Of a stretch of 64,000 nucleotides of DNA, positions 40,172 through 49,188 are shown in pieces. The DNA lies in assembly GCA_965213625.1 (NCBI GenBank), contig CBDBZU010000004.1:288001-352000 (forward strand), written 5' to 3'. The stretch is from a bacterium. Its GTDB lineage: Bacteria; UBA8248. How positions within the stretch are numbered: position 1 is the stretch's first letter; each line of letters begins with the position of its first letter. Made by a program: the position numbers and the translations under genes. The notes under the pieces are model-generated. The model searched no databases and had not been told where the DNA came from. It saw nothing but the letters and a program-made list of their open reading frames with translations.

Positions 40172-41357
40172 GCCGTCTCCCTCTCTGGGTGGATGGAATC
40201 CGTGCGGCCGGCGCCGGGCCGGGAACACTCACCGGCACAGCATCTTTCCCCAGACGAGGTTTTCGCCCCACAGTTGAAGCCCGCTATCGGGAACCTTGAG
40301 CCCCGTGCAGACGATGAGTTCGTCCCGCGCGGGCCGCATCTCCCGGACCGCCCGGCGCGAGGCGGTCGCGCGCTTGCTCCTGCGCCCGCCCTCCTCCCCG
40401 GCGGGCAGGGGCATGAGCTCGCCCCCTCCCGAGGATTTGTAGCGCCTGACCTCGTATCGATCATCCGCCAGGCCAAGGCCTGAGAGATGGGTGAGGAAGG
40501 TGTTCGCCGGTGGATTGGGTGTCTTGATCGCGTGAGCCTCCTTGCTGTGGGTGGTCGGGAAGGCGAAGAACGCTCTCCGGGCGCCCTTCCGCCACCCCCT
40601 GACGGCCCGGCTCCGCCTCTCGCCGGAGCGAGGCCCGGGGGAGATGCGCGATGAACGGCCGTCCGCGACCTACGGCGTTTCGTTTCGGGCGCGCGGCGAA
40701 AAAAAAGATCATACCCCCGCGCAACCTGTCGCATGCGAGGGCGCGTATGGCGAGAAAACGCAGGAAACTGGATATATAAAATCCTTGCAAACGGTTTTTT
40801 TTTGCTTATTTTGTCATAGATGCGGGCGACGCGAGCCCCCAACCGCATGACGCCGGAGGATCGGAGCGAAAGGTTCGAACGCAAAGGAAGAGACGCATAT
40901 GAAAGAAAGCGGCGGGAGTTGTCCGGCTTCACAGGAACACTGCCGCCCCAAAAGGCGAGGTACCGAAATTCCGCCATCTCGATTCCCAGGCGCATGGCCG
41001 GGCATCTTCGCGAATGGGGCCGTTGAAAAAGGACTGGGTCCGTGATTCGGCTCGTGGACACTTTACGCCCGGGAGGGGAGGTCCAGAGATACCGGGACGC
41101 AAGCAACCGGATTTGTTCTCGGCCGGTTCGCTTGAGGAGTTGATTTTCGAGGATCATGTATTGCCCGCGTGAACCTCATTCTCGATTCGGGTTGTCTGAG
41201 TGAGGCGCTGGTTCACCGGATTCGGTCCTGAGGAAAGGTTGTTGGAGCATTCACTGAAACCAATTTATCATTCGGAAATAACCTCCTTGCTTTTTGTATA
41301 TCGGGTCTCTATACTCGCTTAATCACATATTTGAACTTTCCAGAACATTGAGGAGAC

Positions 41358-41567
41358 GTGAATTTGCTCCGTAATGGGCGTGTGTATCTTCTAGCCTCTC
41401 TTCTCTGTTTTTTCATCTTCAGCGCCAGCGTGGCGATTGGCGCGGCGGGGTTCGGCGCAGTGCTCGACGACGTGCCGGAGATGCTGACGCTGCTGGTCGC
41501 CGTGCTCCTGTTCGTTGCTGCCATTTTGATACTGGAAGCAGCGGATAATCGCAGCAACGACACCTGA
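41358..41567 (+). CDS. Small two-TM protein preceding the TRAP operon
   Basis: GAGGAG RBS and a GTG start; two hydrophobic segments. Confidence 0.55.
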   Translation: MNLLRNGRVYLLASLLCFFIFSASVAIGAAGFGAVLDDVPEMLTLLVAVLLFVAAILILEAADNRSNDT

Positions 41568-41609
41568 TAGTCGTCTCAAGGCAACATCATTCAAAAAAGG
41601 GGAAGCAAC

Positions 41610-42764
41610 ATGACGGATCAGAAGACGAAGACCGAGATCGCATCGGTCGAACGCCGCAATTTCCTCAAGCTGGCGGGGGCAAGCGGCATCACGGCGGCGC
41701 TGGTGGCGGCCGGAACCGGGGCGCTCACTTCGAGCAAGGCCATGGCGCAGTCGTCCAGGGAGGAAGCCCAGCGCCGTCGCACCGCGAAGTACACCATGAC
41801 GATGGCGACAGCCTACGTTCTGACGGCGGACCGCAGCTATCCCATCATGCAGCTCGACTTCAAGGAGAACATCCAAAACGCGACCAACGGCAAGGTCTAC
41901 GTCAAGCTGGCGCCGGGAGGCCAGCTGGGTGCCGGCGGGGCGTTGGCCCAGAAGGTGCAGAGCGGCACGATCCAGGCGGCCCAGCATTCACTTTCGAATT
42001 TCGCTCCCTTCGCGCCGGTCGTCGACCTCATCAACCTGCCCTACCTGTGCGGAGCCAACCAGCGCTTCGTGAACCTGGTGAGCTCGGACCACTGGAAAAA
42101 GACTATCCACCAGAAGGTCGAGGCGCGGGGATTCAAGCCGCTCTACTATATCGTCATCGACCCGCGGGTCGTGGCGGTCCGTAAGGGCGGAGCGGGCGCG
42201 GTCATCAAGCCCGCCGACCTGAAAGGCGTGAAGTTCCGGGTTCCCGGCTCGAAAATGCTGCAGCAATACTACCGCCTGGTCGGCGCCAACCCGACGCCGG
42301 TCGCCTGGGGCGAGACTCCCTCGGCGATCAAACAAGGCGTGGCGGACGCGCTCGATCCGGCGGTCGGCGCGCTTTTCGTCTTCGGTTTCAAGGACATCCT
42401 GAGCCATGTCACCTTCACCCAGGCGGTTCCCGACAGCCAGGTCTTTTCGTGCAATCTCAAGTGGTTCAACTCGCTTCCGGGCGACGTGAAAGACGGAATC
42501 GAGTTCGCCTCTGAGATTACGTCGCAGCAGAACCTCGCCAAGGTGCCGGCGGCGCGCAACTACGCGATGGCGGAGCTGAGAAAGTCCGGCGTCAAATTCC
42601 ATTCGCTCAGCGAAGAGCAACTGAAGGTCTGGAAAGAGGCGGGCGGCTACCAGCGCTCCGAGTGGGACGGGTTCAAGACGAAGCTGGCCGGCTCCATGGA
42701 CTCGTTCAATAAACTGGTCGAAGCCGCCGACACGCAGAGCCGCCACTACGTTCACGACGCCTAA
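41610..42764 (+). CDS. dctP: TRAP transporter substrate-binding protein DctP (Tat signal)
   Basis: ERRNFLK Tat motif, GGQLG, DLKGVKFRVPGS, NPTPVAWGET..AIKQGVAD. Confidence 0.9.
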   Translation: MTDQKTKTEIASVERRNFLKLAGASGITAALVAAGTGALTSSKAMAQSSREEAQRRRTAKYTMTMATAYVLTADRSYPIMQLDFKENIQNATNGKVYVKLAPGGQLGAGGALAQKVQSGTIQAAQHSLSNFAPFAPVVDLINLPYLCGANQRFVNLVSSDHWKKTIHQKVEARGFKPLYYIVIDPRVVAVRKGGAGAVIKPADLKGVKFRVPGSKMLQQYYRLVGANPTPVAWGETPSAIKQGVADALDPAVGALFVFGFKDILSHVTFTQAVPDSQVFSCNLKWFNSLPGDVKDGIEFASEITSQQNLAKVPAARNYAMAELRKSGVKFHSLSEEQLKVWKEAGGYQRSEWDGFKTKLAGSMDSFNKLVEAADTQSRHYVHDA

Positions 42765-42768
42765 ACAG

Positions 42769-42800
42769 AAGAGCCCGGCGGCGCGCGCCGCCGGGCTCTT
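42769..42800. terminator. Perfect GC-rich palindrome between dctP and dctQ (mRNA stabiliser or partial terminator)
   Basis: AAGAGCCCGGCGGCGCGCGCCGCCGGGCTCTT. Confidence 0.6.
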
Positions 42801-42833
42801 TCGCTCCATTGAACTCCGGAAGGAGGGGCGACC

Positions 42834-43340
42834 TTGCTCGACTCGCTGAACAGGAACATCGAGCGTCTGGCGCTGCTGTTTTTCTACACAATGCTGGTCG
42901 CCACCATGGCGGTAGAGGTGGTGCGCCGCGAGGTCTTCGCATATTCGTCCATCTGGGGCGAGGAGATCGTCCGCTACGCGTTCATTTACCTCGTCTGGAT
43001 TGGAGCAGCTTCGGCGGTGCGGGAGCGGGCGCATATCCGCATCGACGTCATCTTCAACTACGTCGGGCCGCGCACCAAGTCCGTGCTCTACATCTTCGGC
43101 GACCTGGTGATGCTGGCCATCGCCGTCATCTCCGTTTGGTGGTCGTTCGAGACCGTTACGGTGTCCTGGAAATTCGGCTCGGTCAGCCATGGCCTTCGAA
43201 TGTCGATGGTCTGGTTCCTCGCCGCCGTGCCAATCGGTTTTTCGCTGCTGGTTTTTCGTCTCATCCAGTCGCTCATTCGCGATATCGCAGACTTGCGCGC
43301 AGGCTCCTCCCTCTACGAGGGCGGCAAGCTGTTCGACTAA
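42834..43340 (+). CDS. dctQ: TRAP transporter small permease DctQ
   Basis: WGEEIVRYAFIYLVWIGA...HIRID; four TM segments. Confidence 0.9.
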   Translation: MLDSLNRNIERLALLFFYTMLVATMAVEVVRREVFAYSSIWGEEIVRYAFIYLVWIGAASAVRERAHIRIDVIFNYVGPRTKSVLYIFGDLVMLAIAVISVWWSFETVTVSWKFGSVSHGLRMSMVWFLAAVPIGFSLLVFRLIQSLIRDIADLRAGSSLYEGGKLFD

Positions 43341-43361
43341 GGGGGTCCGGGGGAGACGCCG

Positions 43362-44693
43362 ATGCTCTGGAACCAGATGCAGCAAGCACATCAGGCGATT
43401 GGTTGGGATTTCTACGGCCCGGTCATCTTCTTTGTGGTCCTGGTTGCGCTGGGCGTCCCCATCTGGGCCGCGATCGGCGGCGGCGCGGTGGCGATGCTCC
43501 TCGTTTCGGGCGTTCTCCCCCTGTCGCTGCTCGGCGAGAGCCTCTTCGACGGAATCGACCATTTCGCCTTGACCGCCGTGCCCCTGTTCATCCTGACGGG
43601 CGACGTGCTGGTGCGCACCGGCCTCAGCCGCAAGTTCCTCGACGTGGCGGAAGCCCTGACCTGCTGGGCGAGAGGCGGCTTCGGCTCCGCCACGGTGCTG
43701 GTGTGCGGCATGTTCTCGGCCATTTCGGGTTCTGATGCGGCGGGCGCCGCCGCGGTGGGCCGCATGACGATCGCGCGACTGGTCGAATCGGGCTACCCGC
43801 GTCCCTACGCCTGCGCGCTCGTGGCGGCGGGCGCGTGCACGGGCATCCTCATTCCGCCTTCTATCGCCTATATCATCATCGGGCTCGTGCTCGGCATATC
43901 CGCCTCCACGCTCTTCCAGGCGGCGCTGATCCCCGGCATTCTGATTCTCGCGTCCATTCTCATCACGAACATCATCGTCAACCGGCGCTACGCCTATGAG
44001 GGCGGCGGACAGATCTCGGTGGCCGAATGGGCCGCCAATCTCAAGAAGGCGCTCAAGAACGGCTGGTACGCCTTCATCGTCCCCGGCGTGATTTTCTGGG
44101 GAATATTTTCGGGCCAGTTGACGCCGACCGAGGCGGGCGCGACCGCCGTGGTCATCACAATCATCATGGGCTTCATCCTAGGCACGCTGAAGTTCTCGGA
44201 CTTCCCGGCGATGCTGGTGAGTTCGGCGAAGGTCAACGGCGTCATCCTGCCTATCATCGCCTTCTCCCTGCCGCTCGCCCAGACCATGGCGGCGCTCGGC
44301 GTGCCCCAGGGGTTCGTCCATACGGTCACGTCGGTGACGGACAATCCCTATGTGCTGGTCCTGCTGATGATCGCCATCCTCATTGCGGCCGGTTGCGTGA
44401 TGGAGACCACGCCCAACATCGTCATCCTGGCGCCTATCCTGAAGCCCCTGGCCGATGAAATCGGAATGAACGAGATACAGTTCTGCGTGATGATGATCAC
44501 CGCGCTCGGCGTGGGCTTCATCACGCCTCCGCTCGGCCTCAACCTGTTCGTCGTCTCCGGCCTGACGGGCGACTCAATCCTCGATATCGCCGCGCGCGCG
44601 GTGCCCTTCGTCTTCTTCATGCTGCTGGTGGTGTTGCTGATCGCCTACGTCCCGTGGGTCTCCACCGTGCTACTGTCCGCAGCATACAAATGA
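43362..44693 (+). CDS. dctM: TRAP transporter large permease DctM
   Basis: AVPLFIL, FSAISGS, GILIPPSI, TPTEAG and GFITPPLGLNLFV. Confidence 0.9.
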   Translation: MLWNQMQQAHQAIGWDFYGPVIFFVVLVALGVPIWAAIGGGAVAMLLVSGVLPLSLLGESLFDGIDHFALTAVPLFILTGDVLVRTGLSRKFLDVAEALTCWARGGFGSATVLVCGMFSAISGSDAAGAAAVGRMTIARLVESGYPRPYACALVAAGACTGILIPPSIAYIIIGLVLGISASTLFQAALIPGILILASILITNIIVNRRYAYEGGGQISVAEWAANLKKALKNGWYAFIVPGVIFWGIFSGQLTPTEAGATAVVITIIMGFILGTLKFSDFPAMLVSSAKVNGVILPIIAFSLPLAQTMAALGVPQGFVHTVTSVTDNPYVLVLLMIAILIAAGCVMETTPNIVILAPILKPLADEIGMNEIQFCVMMITALGVGFITPPLGLNLFVVSGLTGDSILDIAARAVPFVFFMLLVVLLIAYVPWVSTVLLSAAYK

Positions 44694-44699
44694 GCGCAC

Positions 44700-44990
44700 G
44701 ATGCTCCTGAACTGTCCTGGGCATTCGGGTGATCGTTCGGCCGAGGACGCTTGAGAGTGGGAGCAATCGTGTCGGAAATCCTCGGCGAGACCGGAGCGGG
44801 CGGCGATCCGTTAGCGTTCAACTCGGCGCTGTCTGATTCTACGGAGACAGTGACGCGCGCGACGAACCACGAGTCCAGACCTGTAACGATCCGAACAGAA
44901 CACTCGAATATCTGCTCGGTCCTGCGCTTTTTCTCAGTTTGGCTGCGGCCGGCCATGTCACCGGTCATGTCCACTGCTTCGATAGAAGGC
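44700..44990 (+). pseudogene. Possible eroded universal stress protein remnant
   Basis: Residual VTIRTEHSNI.SVLRFFSV...MSPVMST resembles a USP C-terminus, and USP genes often follow TRAP dctM. Confidence 0.25.
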
Positions 44991-45000
44991 GCCCCGTGAG

Positions 45001-45987
45001 ATGAAAGCGCTCGTCTATACCGGTCCCGAAACTCTTGAATACCGCGATGAGCCGGATCCCGATATTGGCGAAAACGCGTTGATCCGAGTCGCTCATGTAG
45101 GCGTCTGCGGTTCGGACATGCATGCATGGGCCGGCCATGACGAACGCCGCCCGGCGCCCCTGATCCTCGGCCACGAAGTGTCCGGATCCGTGGTGGAGGG
45201 ACCAGGCGCCGGCAGTCGCGTCGCGGTCAATCCACTTGTGACCTGCGGCGCTTGCGTAGTCTGCCGCTCGGGACGGGAGAATCTTTGCGCGACACGACAG
45301 ATCATCTCCATGCCGCCGCGCGAGGGGGCTTTCGCCGAACTGCTCGCGATGCCGGTTGAAAACCTCATCTCGATCCCGGACGGAGTTCCGACCGAGAAAG
45401 CCGTTCTCACCGAGCCTTTGTCATGTGGATGGCATGCGGTGCGCCTGGCGCAGAGGTTTTTGGACAGGCCGATCAGCGAAGCGCGCTGCCTCGTCATTGG
45501 GGGCGGCGCGATCGGCCTCGGCGCCGCACTCGTGCTGAACGACCGGTCTGCGGCCGAAATCCACATCGGAGAAATCAACCCCTCGCGTCGTGACATCCTC
45601 TCTCGCGCCGGGGAGTTTCGGGTCTACGACCCATCGTCGGGAAAGGACCCGGAAGCCGTCGATCTGGTCATCGACGCGGTTGGGTTCGAGGCGACTCGCG
45701 CATTGGCGTCCGCCGCTGTACGGCCTGGAGGCGCGATCCTCCATATCGGCTTGGGCTCTGCGGCGGGCGGCCTCGACATCCGCCGCATGACGCTTCAGGA
45801 AATCGCCTTCATCGGCGCCTATACCTACAGCACCGCGGATTTTCGCGAAACCGCGGAGGCGATCTTCTCAGGCCGCCTCGGAGCGCTCGACTGGACCGAT
45901 ATCCGTCCGCTGTCGGAGGGCGCCCGCGCCTTCTCCGATATCAGTTCAGGCCGCGCAGCCGCGCCCAAAATAGTTCTTGCGCCTTAA
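45001..45987 (+). CDS. Zinc-dependent (MDR family) alcohol/polyol dehydrogenase
   Basis: GVCGSDMH, ILGHE, CGACVVC..C, TEPLSC and GGGAIG. Confidence 0.9.
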   Translation: MKALVYTGPETLEYRDEPDPDIGENALIRVAHVGVCGSDMHAWAGHDERRPAPLILGHEVSGSVVEGPGAGSRVAVNPLVTCGACVVCRSGRENLCATRQIISMPPREGAFAELLAMPVENLISIPDGVPTEKAVLTEPLSCGWHAVRLAQRFLDRPISEARCLVIGGGAIGLGAALVLNDRSAAEIHIGEINPSRRDILSRAGEFRVYDPSSGKDPEAVDLVIDAVGFEATRALASAAVRPGGAILHIGLGSAAGGLDIRRMTLQEIAFIGAYTYSTADFRETAEAIFSGRLGALDWTDIRPLSEGARAFSDISSGRAAAPKIVLAP

Positions 45988-46432
45988 GAACGCCGGTGTT
46001 TTACGACTGTACGATGCTCAATGTAATGCGTTCGCAAGTGCCCCTTTGCTCGAAGATCACCCTGCGTTACGGTGCGGCAATCGAGGCTCCTGGTGTGGCG
46101 GGAACAAGCTTGGTGCGGGCGGGGTGCTTTGTTGTTGATGTTCCCCTTATGGAGAGCGCCTTGGATAAGCATGGCCACCTCATGGGTGCGTATCGCTGCT
46201 GACATGGTTTGAGGAGGCTGGGTAGTGCGCGCTCAGGATCGGTTGCCTGTCGAAGGCGTTAACGGACACGGAGGTGTTGGTGCTTCATGAGAAACCTGCG
46301 CTCTTAGGAGCGCATCGACGCGATTCGTGATGGGGCGAGGAGCGGCGATGTATGTAACGGCACGATAAGTGGTGCTGTGAGAACTATCTGAGCGAGGCGA
46401 AGAGTTGGAACGGGCTGGGGAGCAACGTAAAG

Positions 46433-47669
46433 TTATTTCCTGCCTAACCGTGGTGACGCTGACCCCGGAGACGGCGGGCGGCGCTCCCGCCAGCCTTCCA
46501 GCATGTTCTCCGCGATGCTCCCGGTGACCCGCTCGGCCGCCTCCTGCGCCGAGTCGCGCGCGAGGTGCGCGTAGCGCGCCGTCGTTTCCATCTTGCTGTG
46601 GCCCAGGAGCTTCCCTATCACGGGGAGCGCCTCGCCGAGCGCGAGGGCCCGCGAGGCCCAGGAGTGGCGCAGGTCGTGCAGCCTCACGTCCCCGAGGCCC
46701 GCGCGCTCCCTGATGAGATGCCAGGCCTCGTCGATGTTCACAAGGTGCGTCCCGGGCTTCCTGCCCGGAATGACCCAGGGGCCGTCGTGGGTGCCAAGGA
46801 GACTTCTGAGGAGTTCGACCGCCTCAGGCGGCAGCGGGATCACCCGCGCGCCCGTCTTGGAATCGGGCAGCCTGAGCTCGCCCGCTTCGAGCGCTACGTC
46901 CTCCCGGCGCAGCTTGAGTATCTCGCTCCTGCGGCACCCGGTAAGGGCCAGGAGCCGGATCGCCGCCACCGCGACGCGGACGCGTCGCCCCGGGCCTCCG
47001 CCTCCTCGAGTGCGCGTCCCAGGCGGGTGAACTCAGAATCCGTCAGGAACCGCTCGCGCCTGCGCTCGGGGTATTTCACGAGAGCCTTGCAGGGGTTCGA
47101 GGTTCCCTCGGGAACCATTCCCCAGCCCGCGGCCAGGCGGTACATCGAGGAGAGGATGCGGAGCGCCATGTTCGCCACCGCGGGCGTCTCGTACAGGCTC
47201 TCGTGGAACTCCGCCACCTGCGCGCGCGAGAGCGCAGCGATCGGCGCCCTGCCCAGGGCGGGCAGGACGTGGCGGTGATCACCGAGCGGTAGAGCGCGGC
47301 GGTGGCCGGCTTGCACCGCACCGCGACGTATTCGGCGAGGTAGCGCGCGCACACCTCATTCACCGTGGGGCCGCCCACAGGCTTCATCGGCTTTGGAACC
47401 GCCTCCTCGCCCGCCTTGATCCTCGCGATGATGTGGGCGGCGCGTTTCCTCGCCTCATCGGCGTTGATCACCCCGTGGCGGCCCACCGCCACCCTCTTGG
47501 GACCCTCAGGCCCCCGCGCCTGGGCGATGTAGACTTTTGAGCCTGTGGGATAAACCCGCACACCGAAGCCGGTGAGTTCCCGGTCCCAGAAGACCGTGTC
47601 CTTCTCCACCGCGAGTTTCGCGACCGCGCGGTTGGAAAGCGTCCCGTATTTCGTCTTCGCCATCTTCAC
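46433..47669 (-). pseudogene. Tyrosine recombinase/integrase with Arm DNA-binding domain; two frameshifts (about 47280 and 46972)
   Basis: Three overlapping ORFs join into VFWDRELTGFGVRV...RHVLPALG...RERFLT...LTGCRRSEIL...HDLRHSWAS...LLGHSKMETTARYAH. Confidence 0.85.
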
Positions 47670-48844
47670 CCGGCCCTCCCGTTGGTGATGTGAATCCCGA
47701 TGCTCCCGCCCACCCTTACCGCCGCCTCCCTCTCGGCCTCTCGCATCAGGTGCGCGTAGCGCGCGCTCGTCGCCACGCTCGTGTGGCCGAGCAGTTTGCC
47801 TATCGTGTATAAACTCTCGCCCAGCGCCAGCGCCCTCGACGCGTAGGAATGCCTGAGGTCGTGGATGCGCACGTCATGGAGTCCCGCCCGCTCCCTTACG
47901 GGCCGCCAGTAGTGGTGCAGGCCCGTGAGATGCTTCCCGGCCCTCTGGCCCGCTATCACCCAGGGATTGTCCTCAGAGCGGGGGATGGCGTCCAGTATCC
48001 TGAGGGCGGGCCTCGTCAGGGGGACCATGCGGGGACCCGCCTTGGCGTCCCTCAAGCGCAGATCCCCCGCCGTGCGGTCCACGTCGTCCCAGCGCAACGA
48101 GAGGATCTCGCCCCTGCGGCACCCGGTCAGGACGAGCAGCCGGATGGCCGCGATAGCGGGCGGCCATATCCCGTCCTCGTCCTCGGCTTGCCTGAGCGCA
48201 CGGCCCAGGCGCCGGTATTCCTCAGGCGTCAAAAACCGCTCGCGCACCCGCGTCCTGTAGCGGCGCACGGCTAGGCAGGGGTTCCGCCCGGGGGGGACCA
48301 GTTCCCACGCCTCGGCAAGGGTGTACATCCGCGAGAGCAGATGGACGGCCGCATTGGCCCGGGCGGGCGTGTCCCTGAGCCTGTGATGGAGCGCCGTGAC
48401 TTGCGCCCCGCCCACTTCTTCCAGTCCCATCCCGCCCAGGGCGGGCAGGATGTATTTGCCCAGCACCGTGCGGTACGCCGAGGCGGTGGCCGGCTTGAGA
48501 TGCCGCTCCACGTGGGTGCGCATGAAGCGCTCGGCGAGTCCCGCCACGGTGGACTCCGCTTCTGGCAGTTGAGTTACCAGCTCCTCGCCCCGCTTGATTC
48601 GGTCGATAATGAGGGCGGCCTGTTTCCTGGCCTCGTCGACGGTCAACTCCCCGTGGCGGCCGAGCGTCACGCGTTTGGGACCCGATGGTCCTCTGGACTG
48701 CACCACCCAGGTCTTCCGGCCCGTGGTGTGGACGCGCACACCCAGGCCCGCCAGTTCCCGGTCCCAGAAGACCGCGTCCTTCCCGTCGGCCTCGAGCGCG
48801 TCGACGGTGCGCTTGGTGAGCTTCAGTTCGCTTCGCTTCGGCAT
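47666..48844 (-). CDS. Tyrosine recombinase/integrase with Arm DNA-binding domain (intact)
   Basis: WDRELAGLGVRV, LTGCRRGEI, HDLRHSYAS and LLGHTSVATSARYAH give the full R-H-R-H-Y set. Confidence 0.9.
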   Translation of the reverse strand: MPKRSELKLTKRTVDALEADGKDAVFWDRELAGLGVRVHTTGRKTWVVQSRGPSGPKRVTLGRHGELTVDEARKQAALIIDRIKRGEELVTQLPEAESTVAGLAERFMRTHVERHLKPATASAYRTVLGKYILPALGGMGLEEVGGAQVTALHHRLRDTPARANAAVHLLSRMYTLAEAWELVPPGRNPCLAVRRYRTRVRERFLTPEEYRRLGRALRQAEDEDGIWPPAIAAIRLLVLTGCRRGEILSLRWDDVDRTAGDLRLRDAKAGPRMVPLTRPALRILDAIPRSEDNPWVIAGQRAGKHLTGLHHYWRPVRERAGLHDVRIHDLRHSYASRALALGESLYTIGKLLGHTSVATSARYAHLMREAEREAAVRVGGSIGIHITNGRAG

Positions 48845-49188
48845 CCTTCCTCCAATATATGTAATCATAACGCATACGTACGGCATGATACAGGAGGGTA
48901 TCAGAGCATACGTGTGACGAAAGCGCAAGGGGGGGTCGGGGTGAGGAATAACAGAAATATAGTATTATAAACAATCAGTTATCGTAGACAAACAGAGTCA
49001 ATCGTACTATTGCGCGGCCACGGGGTTCATGACAATAATTAATCGAAATTTTCAGAAATTCCGACTCATCCCGACTCAGCGCCTCACGCGTCGATCGCAA
49101 CCGAAGAGGGAGTGTGTTTCTCCCGTTCCGTCTTCACCGATTCAGACTGCCGAGGGAGGGATTGACGATGAAGCATGAGAGTCCGCGG

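Noticed and set aside
39373-41157. 594-aa minus-strand ORF
   Set aside because: Low-complexity Arg/Pro/Ala composition, and it overlaps the Cys-repeat gene in another frame.
41255-41275. LacI-type operator upstream of the TRAP operon (TGAAACCAATTTAT)
   Set aside because: Only one half-site matches and no LacI gene is nearby.
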